Assembly (NCBI GenBank): GCA_964016885.1
Contig: OZ024743.1
Location: 18,662,001 to 18,726,000, forward strand
Source: Eledone cirrhosa
Taxonomy: Eukaryota
DNA: 64,000 bases
Reading direction: 5' to 3'
Shown: positions 1 to 12,000 of the stretch, in pieces
How the letters are laid out: each line of letters opens with the position of its first letter
Numbering within the stretch: the stretch's first letter is position 1
Notes under the pieces: generated by a model
What the model was told of the DNA's origin: nothing
Seen by the model: the letters and a program-made list of their open reading frames with translations, nothing else
Databases searched by the model: none
Position numbers and translations under genes: made by a program

Positions 1-3000
1 TGCTAGCATTGATATGCATCTGTGTGTATATAAATGTTACTAGATATAAATTCCTTATAATTATCTCCAATTCATTTGTCGAGCAATATTTGGCCATGAC
101 TGCTACTATGGTAGTAAGCTGGCCGCTGTCTTAATAACCACTCGCTTTCCACTGATTGACCTCGATGTCACATGATTGATTCTTTTTGAATTTGCCGCGG
201 GCGTAGAGACAGTGATTTACACAATGGCTTGGAATCCAGTCCACGCATAGCTATTTCCATTCCACTGAATTATTTTTGTAATAAGTTTCCAGTGTCCTCG
301 CTATGCCTGGAGACCTATACGGAAAAATACTTTCCTGATGACGGAATGATTTTCTTTATGTTTCTTCGGAAAATATATTTACTCCATTCCAGAAACTAAT
401 TAGTTGGAAGTGATTTTTTAGGAAGTAAGTTAATTTTATAATTTTCTTATTTTACGACTCTCATATTATTGTTCTGCAACCCCATGCATTGAACCACATT
501 GTTAATAAGACAAACCCTATATATTTGCTAGCATTGATATGCATCTGTGTGTATATAAATGTTACTAGATATAAATTCCTTATAATTATCTCCAATTCAT
601 TTGTCGAGCAATATTTGGCCATGACTGCTTATATGGTAGTAAGCTGGCCGCTGTCTTAATAACCACTCGCTTTCCACTGATTCACCTCGATGTCACGTGA
701 TTGATTCTTTTTCTGAATTTGCCGCGGACGTAGAGGCACTGATTTTCTCAATGGCTTGGAATCCAGTTCAGGCATCGCTATTTCCATTCCACTGAATTAT
801 TTTTTTAATAAGTTTCCAGTGTCCTCGCTATGCCTTGAGACCTATACGGAAAAAGACTTTCCTGATGACGGAATGATTTTCGATATGTTTCTTCGGAAAA
901 TATATTTACTCCATTCCAGAAACTAATTAGTTGGAAGTGATTTTTTAGTAAGTAAGTTAATTTTATAATTTTCTTATTTTACGTCTCTCATATTATTGTT
1001 CTGCAACCCCATGCATTGAACCACGTTGTTAATAAGACAAAACCTATGTATTTGCTAGCATTGATATGCATCTGTGTGTATATAAATGTTACTAGATATA
1101 AATTCCTTATAATTATCTCCAATTCATTTGTCGAGCAATATTTGGCCATGACTGCTACTATGGTAGTAAGCTGGCCGCTGTCTTAATAACCACTCGCTTT
1201 CCACTGATTGAACTCGATATCACGTGATTGATTCTTTTTGAATTTGCCGCGGACGTAGAGGCAGTGATTTACACAATGGCTTGGAATCCAGTCCACGCAT
1301 AGCTATTTCCATTCCACTGAATTATTTTTGTAATAAGTTTCCAGTGTCCTCGCTATGCCTGGAGACCTATACGGAAAAATACTTTCCTGATGACGGAATG
1401 ATTTTCTTTATGTTTCTTCGGAAAATATATTTACTCCATTCCAGAAACTAATTAGTTGGAAGTGATTTTTTAGGAAGTAAGTTAATTTTATAATTTTCTT
1501 ATTTTACGACTCTCATATTATTGTTCTGCAACCCCATGCATTGAACCACATTGTTAATAAGACAAACCCTATATATTTGCTAGCATTGATATGCATCTGT
1601 GTGTATATAAATGTTACTAGATATAAATTCCTTATAATTATCTCCAATTCATTTGTCGAGCAATATTTGGCCATGACTGCTACTATGGTAGTAAGCTGGC
1701 CGCTGTCTTAATAACCACTCGCTTTCCACTGATTGACCTCGATGTCACGTGATTGATTGTTTTTGAATTTGCCGCGGATGTAGAGGCAGTGATTTTATCA
1801 ATGGCTTGGAATCCAGTCCACGCATCGCTATTTCCATTCCACTGAATTATTTTTTTAATAAGTTTCCAGTGTCCTCGCTATGCCTGGAGACCTATACGGG
1901 AAAAGACTTTCCTGATGACGGAAAGATTTTCTATATGTTTCTTCGGAAAATATATTTACTCCAATCCAGAAACTAATTAGTTGGAAGTGATTTTTCAGTA
2001 AGTAAGTTAATTTTATAATTTTCTTATTTTACGTCTCTCATATTATTGTTCTGCAACCCCATGCATTGAACCACATTGTTAATAAGTCAAAACCTATATA
2101 TTTGCTAGCATTGATATGCATGTGTGTGTATATAAATGTTACTAGATATAAATTCCTTATAATTATCTCCAATTCATTTGTCGAGCAATATTTGGCCATG
2201 ACTGCTACTATGGTAGTAAGCTGGCCGCTGTCTTAATAACCACTCGCTTTCCACTGATTCACCTCGATGTCACGTGATTGATTCTTTTTGAATTTGCTCC
2301 GGACGTAGAGGCAGTGATTTTCTCAATGGCTTGGAATCCAGTCCACGCATCGCTATTTCCATTCCACTGAATTATTTTTTTAATAAGTTTCCAGTGTCCT
2401 CGCTATGCCTGGAGACCTATACGGAAAAATACTTTCCTGATGACGGAATGATTTTCTTTGTTTCTTCGGAAAATATATTTACTCCATTCCAGAAACTAAT
2501 TAGTTGGAAGTGATTTTTTAGGAAGTAAGTTAATTTTATAATTTTCTTATTTTACGTCTGTCATATTATTGTTCTGCAACCCCATGCATTGAACCACATT
2601 GTTAATAAGACAAAACCTATATATTTGCTAGCATTGATATGCATCTGTGTGTAAATAAATGTTACTAGATATAAATTCCTTATAATTATCTCCAATTCAT
2701 TTCTCGAGCAATATTTGGCCATGACTGCTACTATGGTAGTAAGCTGGCCGCTGTCTTAATAACTACTCGCTTTCCACTTATTGACCTCGATGTCACGTGA
2801 TTGATTGTTTTTGAATTTGCCGCGGATGTAGAGGCAGTGATTTTCTCAATGGCTTGGAATCCAGTCCACGCATCGCTATTTCCATTCCACTGAATTATTT
2901 TTTTAATAAGTTTCCAGTGTCCTCGCTATGCCTGGATACCTATACGTAAAAAGTCTTTCCTGATGACGGAATTATTTTCGATATGTTTCTTCTGAAAATA

Positions 3001-6000
3001 TATTTACTCCATTCCAGAAACTAATTAGTTGGAACTGATTTTTTAGTAAGTAAGTTAATTTTATAATTTTCTTATCTTACGTCTCTCATATTATTGTTCT
3101 GCAACCCCATGCATTGAACCACATAGTTAATAAGACGAAACCTATGTATTTGCTAGCATTGATATGCATCTGTTTGTATATAAATGTTACTAGATAAAAA
3201 TTCCTTACAATTATCTCCAATTCATTTGTCGAGCAATATTTGGCCATGACTGCTACTATGGTAGTAAGCTGGCCGCTGTCTTAATAACCACTCGCTTTCC
3301 ACTGATTCACCTCGATGTCACGTGATTGATTCTTTTTGAATTTGCTCCGGACGTAGAGGCAGTGATTTTCTCAATGGCTTGGAATCCAGTCCACGCATCG
3401 CTATTTCCATTCAACTGAATTATTTTTTGAATAAGTTTCCAGTGTCCTCGCTATGCCTGGAGACCTATACGGGAAAAGACTTTCCTGATGATGGAAAGAT
3501 TTTCTATATGTTTCTTCGGAAAATATATTTACTCCATTCCAGAAACTAATTTGTTGGAAGTGATTTTTCAGTAAGTAAGTTAATTTTATAATTTTCTTAT
3601 TTTACGTCTCTCATATTATTGTTCTGCAACCCCATGCATTGAACCACATTGTTAATAAGACAAAACCTATATATTTGCTAGCATTGATATGCATCAGTGT
3701 GTAAATAAATGTTACTAGATATAAATTCCTTATAATTATCTCCAATTCATTTCTCGAGCAATATTTGGCCATGACTGCTACTATGGTAGTAAGCTGGCCG
3801 CTGTCTTAATAACCACTCGCTTTCCACTGATTGACCTCGATGTCACGTGATTGATTGTTTTTGAATTTGCCGCAGATGTAGAGGCAGTGATTTTCTCAAT
3901 GGCTTGGAATCCAGTCCACGCATCGCTATTTCCATTCCACTGAATTATATTTTTAATAAGTTTCCAGTGTCCTCGCTATGCCTGGATACCTATACGTAAA
4001 AAGTCTTTCCTGATGACGGAATTATTTTCGATATGTTTCTTCTGAAAATATATTTACTCCATTCCAGAAACTAATTAGTTGGAAGTGATTTTTTAGTAAG
4101 TAAGTTAATTTTATAATTTTCTTATCTTACGTCTCTCATATTATTGTTCTGCAACCCCATGCATTGAACCACATAGTTAAAAAGACGAAACCTATGTATT
4201 TGCTAGCATTGATATGCATCTGTGTGTATATAAATGTTACTAGATAAAAATTCCTTATAATTATCTCCAATTCATTTGTCGAGCAATATTTGGCCATGAC
4301 TGCTACTATGGTAGTAAGCTGGCCGCTGTCTTAATAACCACTCGCTTTCCACTGATTCACCTCGATGTCACGTGATTGATTCTTTTTGAATTTGCTCCGG
4401 ACGTAGAGGCAGTGATTTTCTCAATGGCTTGGAATCCAGTCCACGCATCGCTATTTCCATTCAACTGAATTATTTTATTAATAGGTTTCCAGTGTCCTTG
4501 CTGTGCCTGGAGACCTATACGGAACAATACTTTCCTGATGACGGAATGATTTTCTTCGTTTCTTCGGAAAATATATTTACTCCATTCCAGAAACTAATTA
4601 GTTGGAAGTGATTTTTTAGGAAGTAAGTTAATTTTATAATTTTCTTATTTTACGTCTCTCATATTATTGTTCTGCAACCCCATGCATTGAACCACATTGT
4701 TAATAAGACAAAACCTATATATTTGCTAGCATTGATATGCATCTGTGTGTATATAAATGTTACTAGATATAAATTCCTTATAATTATCTCCAATTCATTT
4801 GTCGAGCAATATTTGGCCATGACTGCTACTATGGTAGTAAACTGGCCGCTGTCTTAATAACCACTCGCTTTCCACTGATTGACCTCGATATCACGTGATT
4901 GATTCTTTTTGAATCTGCCGCGGATGTAGAGGCAGTGATTTTCTCAATGGCTTGGAATCCAGTCCACGCATCGCTATTTCCATTGCACTGAATTATTTTT
5001 TGAATAAGTTTCCAGTGTCCTCGCTATGCCTTGAGACCTATACGGAAAAAGACTTTCCTGATGACGGAATGATTTTCGATATGTTTCTTCGGAAAATATA
5101 TTTACTCCATTCCAGAAACTAATTAGTTGGAAGTGATTTTTTAGTAAGTAAGTTAATTTTATAATTTTCTTATTTTACGTCTCTCATATTATTGTTCTGC
5201 AACCCCATGCATTGAACCACATTGTTAATAAGACAAAAACTATATATTTGCTAGCATTGATATGCATGTGTGTGTATATAAATATTACTAGATATAAATT
5301 CCTTATAATTATCTCCAATTCATTTGTCGAGCAATATTTGGCCATGACTGCTACTATGGTAGTAAGCTGGCCGCTGTCTTAATAACCACTCGCTTTCCAC
5401 TGATTCACCTCGATGTCACGTGATTGATTCTTTTTGAATTTGCCGCGGACGTAGAGGCAGTGATTTTCTCAATGGCTTGGAATCCAGTCCACGCATCGCT
5501 ATTTCCATTCCACTGAATTATTTTTTGAATAAGTTTCCAGTGTCCTCGCTATGCCTGGAGACCTATACGGAAAAATACTTTCCTGATGACGGAATGATTT
5601 TCTTTGTTTCTTCGGAAAATATATTTACTCCATTCCAGAAACTAATTAGTTGGAAGTGATTTTTTAGGAAGTAAGTTAATTTTATAATTTTCTTATTTTA
5701 CGTCTCTCATATTATTTTTCTGCAACCCCATGCATTGAACCACATTGTTAATAAGACAAAACCTATATATTTACTAGCATTGATATGCAACTGCGTGTAT
5801 ATAAATGTTGCTACATATAAATTCCTTATAATTATCTCCAATTCATTTGTCGAGCAATATTTGGCCATGACTGCTACTATGGTAGTAAGCTGGCCGCCGT
5901 CTTAATAACCACTCGCTTTCCACTGATTGACCTCCATGTCAGATGATTGATTCTTTTTGAATTTGCCGCGGACGTAGAGGCAGTGATTTTCTCAATGGCT

Positions 6001-9000
6001 TGGAATCCAGTCCACGCATCGCTATTTCCATTCCACTGAATTATTTTTTTAATAAGTTTCCAGTGTCCTCGCTATGCCTTGAGACCTATACGGAAAAAGA
6101 CTTTCCTGATGACGGAATGATTTTCGATATCTTCGAAAAATATATTTACTCCATTCCAGAAACTAATTAGTTGGAAGTGATTTTTTAGTAAGTAAGTTAA
6201 TTTTATAATTTTCTTATTTTACGTCTCTCATATTATTGTTCTGCAACCCCATGCATTGAACCACATTGTTAATAAGACAAAAACTATATATTTGCTAGCA
6301 TTGATATGCATGTGTGTGTATATAAATATTACTAGATATAAATTCCTTATAATTATCTCCAATTCATTTGTCGAGCAATATTTGGCCATGACTGCTACTA
6401 TGGTAGTAAGCTGGCCGCTGTCTTAATAACCACTCGCTTTCCACTGATTCACCTCGATCTCACGTGATTGATTCTTTTTGAATTTGCCGCGGACGTAGAG
6501 GCAGTGATTTTCTCAATGGCTTGGAATCCAGTCCACGCATCGCTATTTCCATTCCACTGAATTATTTTTTTAATAAGTTTCCAGTGTCCTCGCTATGCCT
6601 GGAGACCTATACGGAAAAATACTTTCCTGATGACGGAATGATTTTCTTTGTTTCTTCGGAAAATATATTTACTCCATTCCAGAAACTAATTAGTTGGAAG
6701 TGATTTTTTAGGAAGTAAGTTAATTTTATAATTTTCTTATTTTACGTCTCTCATATTATTTTTCTGCAACCCCATGCATTGAACCACATTGTTAATAAGA
6801 CAAAACCTATATATTTGCTAGCATTGATATGCATCAGTGTGTAAATAAATGTTACTAGATATAAATTCCTTATAATTATCTCCAATTCATTTGTCGAGCA
6901 ATATTTGGCCATGACTGCTACTATGGTAGTAAACTGGCCGCTGTCTTAATAACCACTCGCTTTCCACTGATTGACCTCGATATCACGTGATTGATTCTTT
7001 TTGAATTTACCGCGGACGTAGAGGCAGTGATTTTCTCAATGGCTTGGAATCCAGTCCACGCATCGCTATTTCCATTCCACTGAATTATTTTTTGAATAAG
7101 TTTCCAGTGTCCTCGCTATGCCTTGAGACCTATACGGAAAAAGACTTTCCTGATGACGGAATGATTTTCGATATGTTTCTTCGGAAAATATATTTACTCC
7201 ATTCCAGAAACTAATTAGTTGGAAGTGATTTTTTAGTAAGTAAGTTAATTTTATAATTTTCTTATTTTACGTCTCTCATATTATTGTTCTGCAACCCCAT
7301 GCATTGAACCACATTGTTAATAAGACAAAAACTATATATTTGCTAGCATTGATATGCATGTGTGTGTATATAAATATTACTAGATATAAATTCCTTATAA
7401 TTATCTCCAATTCATTTGTCGAGCAATATTTGGCCATGACTGCTACTATGGTAGTAAGCTGGCCGCTGTCTTAATAACCACTCGCTTTCCACTGATTCAC
7501 CTCGATGTCACGTGATTGATTCTTTTTGAATTTGCCGCGGACGTAGAGGCAGTGATTTTCTCAATGGCTTGGAATCCAGTCCACGCATCGCTATTTCCAT
7601 TCCACTGAATTATTTTTTTAATAAGTTTCCAGTGTCCTCGCTATGCCTGGAGACCTATACGGAAAAATACTTTCCTGATGACGGAATGATTTTCTTTGTT
7701 TCTTCGGAAAATATATTTACTCCATTCCAGAAACTAATTAGTTGGAAGTGATTTTTTAGGAAGTAAGTTAATTTTATAATTTTTTTATTTTACGTCTCTC
7801 ATATTATTTTTCTGCAACCCCATGCATTGAACCACATTGTTAATAAGACAAAACCTATATATTTACTAGCATTGATATGCAACTGCGTGTATATAAATGT
7901 TGCTACATATAAATTCCTTATAATTATCTCCAATTCATTTGTCGAGCAATATTTGGCCATGACTGCTACTATGGTAGTAAGCTGGCCGCCGTCTTAATAA
8001 CCACTCGCTTTCCACTGATTGACCTCCATGTCAGATGATTGATTCTTTTTGAATTTGCCGCGGACGTAGAGGCAGTGATTTTCTCAATGGCTTGGAATCC
8101 AGTCCACGCATCGCTATTTCCATTCCACTGAATTATTTTTTTAATAAGTTTCCAGTGTCCTCGCTATGCCTTGAGACCTATACGGAAAAAGACTTTCCTG
8201 ATGACGGAATGATTTTCGATATCTTCGAAAAATATATTTACTCCATTCCAGAAACTAATTAGTTGGAAGTGATTTTTTAGTAAGTAAGTTAATTTTATAA
8301 TTTTCTTATTTTACGTCTCTCATATTATTGTTCTGCAACCCCATGCATTGAACCACATTGTTAATAAGACAAAAACTATATATTTGCTAGCATTGATATG
8401 CATGTGTGTGTATATAAATATTACTAGATATAAATTCCTTATAATTATCTCCAATTCATTTGTCGAGCAATATTTGGCCATGACTGCTACTATGGTAGTA
8501 AGCTGGCCGCTGTCTTAATAACCACTCGCTTTCCACTGATTCACCTCGATGTCACGTGATTGATTCTTTTTGAATTTGCCGCGGACGTAGAGGCAGTGAT
8601 TTTCTCAATGGCTTGGAATCCAGTCCACGCATCGCTATTTCCATTCCACTGAATTATTTTTTTAATAAGTTTCCAGTGTCCTCGCTATGCCTGGAGACCT
8701 ATACGGAAAAATACTTTCCTGATGACGGAATGATTTTCTTTGTTTCTTCGGAAAATATATTTACTCCATTCCAGAAACTAATTAGTTGGAAGTGATTTTT
8801 TAGGAAGTAAGTTAATTTTATAATTTTCTTATTTTACGTCTCTCATATTATTTTTCTGCAACCCCATGCATTGAACCACATTGTTAATAAGACAAAACCT
8901 ATATATTTGCTAGCATTGATATGCATCAGTGTGTAAATAAATGTTACTAGATATAAATTCCTTATAATTATCTCCAATTCATTTGTCGAGCAATATTTGG

Positions 9001-12000
9001 CCATGACTGCTACTATGGTAGTAAACTGGCCGCTGTCTTAATAACCACTCACTTTCCACTGATTGACCTCGATATCACGTGATTGATTCTTTTTGAATTT
9101 GCCGCGGACGTAGAGGCAGTGATTTTCTCAATGGCTTGGAATCCAGTCCACGCATCGCTATTTCCATTCCACTGAATTATTTTTTGAATAAGTTTCCAGT
9201 GTCCTCGCTATGCCTTGAGACCTATACGGAAAAAGACTTTCCTGATGACGGAATGATTTTCGATATGTTTCTTCGGAAAATATATTTACTCCATTCCAGA
9301 AACTAATTAGTTGGAAGTGATTTTTTAGTAAGTAAGTTAATTTTATAATTTTCTTATTTTACGTTTCTCATACTATTGTTCTGCAACCCCATGCATTGAA
9401 CCTCATTGTTAATAAGACAAAAACTATATATTTGCTAGCATTGATATGCAACTGTGTGTATATAAATGTTGCTAGATATAAATTCCTTATAATTATCTCC
9501 AATTCATTTGTCGAGCAATATTTGGCCATGACTGCTACTATGGTAGTAAGCTGGCCGCCGTCTTAATAACCACTCGCTTTCCACTGATTGACCTCCATGT
9601 CACATGATTGATTCTTTTTGAATTTGCCGCGGACGTAGAGGCAGTGATTTTCTCAATGGCTTGGAATCCAGTCCACGCATCGCTATTCCCATTCCACTGA
9701 ATTATTTTTTTAATAAGTTTCCAGTGTCCTCGCTATGCCTGGAGACCTATACGGGAAAAGACTTTCCTGATGACGGAAAGATTATATATATATTTCTTCG
9801 GAAAATATATTTACTCCATTCCAGAAACTAATTAGTTGGAAGTGATTTTTTAGTAAGTAAGTTAATTTTATAATTTTCTTATTTTACGTCTCTCATATTA
9901 TTGTTCTGCAACCCCATGCATTGAACCACATTGTTAATAAGACACAAACTATATATTTGCTAGCATTGATATGCATCTGTGTGTATATAAATGTTACTAG
10001 ATATAAATTCCTTATAATTATCTCCAATTCATTTGTCGAGCAATATTTAGCCATGACTGCTACTATGGTAGTAAGCTGGCCGCTGTCTTAATAACCACTC
10101 GCTTTCCACTGATTCACCTCGATGTCACGTGATTGATTCTTTTTGAATTTGCTCCGGACGTAGAGGCAGTGATTTTCTCAATGGCTTGGAATCCAGTCCA
10201 CGCATCGCTATTTCCATTCCACTGAATTATTTTTTTAATAAGTTTCCAGTGTCCTCGCTATGCCTGGAGACCTATACGGAAAAATACTTTCCTGATGACG
10301 GAATGATTTTCGTTGTTTCTTCGGAAAATATATTTACTCCATTCCAGAAACTAATTAGTTGGAAGTGATTTTTAAGGAAGTAAGTTAATTTTATAATTTT
10401 CTTATTTTACGTCTCTCATATTATTGTTCTGCAACCCCATGCATTGAACCACATTGTTAATAAGACAAAACCTATATATTTGCTAGCATTGATATGCATC
10501 TGTGTGTATATAAATGTTACTAGATATAAATTCCTTATAATTATCTCCAATTCATTTGTCGAGCAATATTTGGCCATGACTGCTAATATGGTAGTAAGCT
10601 GGCCGCTGTCTTAATAACCACTCGCTTTCCACTGATTGACCTCGATGTTACGTGATTGATTCTTTTTCTGAATTTGCCGCGGACGTAGCTGCAGTGATTT
10701 TCTCAATGGCTTGGAATCCAGTCCAGGCATCGCTATTTCCATTCCACTGAATTATTTTTTTAATAAGTTTCCAGTGTCCTCGCTATGCCTTGAGACCTAT
10801 ACGGAAAAAGACTTTCCTGATGACGGAATGATTTTCGATATGTTTCTTCGGAAAATATATTTACTCCATTCCAGAAACTAATTAGTTGGAAGTGATTTTT
10901 CAGTAAGTAAGTTAATTTTATAATTTTCTTATTTTACGTCTCTCATACTATTGTTCAGCAACCCCATGCATTGAACCACATTGTTAATAAGACAAAACCT
11001 ATATATTTGCTAGCATTGATATGCATCTGTGTGTATATACATGTTGCTACATATAAATTCCTTATAATTATCTCCAATTCATTTGTCGAGCAATATTTGG
11101 CCATGACTGCTACTATGGTAGTAAGCTGGCCGCTGTCTTAATAACCACTCGCTTTCCGCTGATTGACCTCGATGTCACATGATTGATTCTTTTTGAATTT
11201 GCCGCGGACGTAGAGACAGTGATTCTCTCAATGGCTTGGAATCCAGTCCAGGCATCGCTATTTCCATTCCACTGAATTATTTTTTTAATAAGTTTCCAGT
11301 GTCCTCGCTATGCCTGGAGACCTATACGGGCAAAGACTTTCCTGATGACGGAAAGATTTTCTATATGTTTCTTCGGAAAATATATTTACTCCAATCCAGA
11401 AACTAATTAGTTGGAAGTGATTTTTCAGTAAGTAAGTTAATTTTATAATTTTCTTATTTTACGTCTCTCATATTATTGTTCTGCAACCCCATGCATTGAA
11501 CCACATTGTTAATAAGACAAAACCTATATATTTGCTAGCATTGATATGCATGTGTGTGTATATAAATGTTACTAGATATAAATTCCTTATAATTATCTCC
11601 AATTCATTTGTCGAGCAATATTTGGCCATGACTGCTACTATGGTAGTAAGCTGGCCGCTGTCTTAATAACCACTCGCTTTCCACTGATTCACCTCGATGT
11701 CACGTGATTGACTCTTTTTGAATTTGCTCCGGACGTAGAAGCAGTGATTTTCTCAATGGCTTGGAATCCAGTCCACGCATCGCTATTTCCATTCGACTGA
11801 AGTATTTTTTTAATAAGTTTCCAGTGTCCTCGCTATGCCTGGAGACCTATACGGAAAAATACTTTCCTGATGACGGAATGATTTTCTTTGTTTCTTCGGA
11901 AAATATATTTACTCCATTCCAGAAACTAATTAGTTGGAAGTGATTTTTTAGGAAGTAAGTTAATTTTATAATTTTCTTATTTTACGTCTCTCATATTATT

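Noticed and set aside
1-525. 5S rDNA, tRNA, snRNA or spliced-leader gene tandem array
   Set aside because: I recognised no 5S, tRNA cloverleaf or U snRNA sequence on either strand. An Rfam scan would be needed to exclude divergent cases.
693-700. TCACGTGA E-box palindrome, plus tataaa and gtaagt motifs in each monomer
   Set aside because: Short motifs expected by chance in AT-rich DNA; repetition reflects array amplification, not independent evidence of a promoter or splice site.
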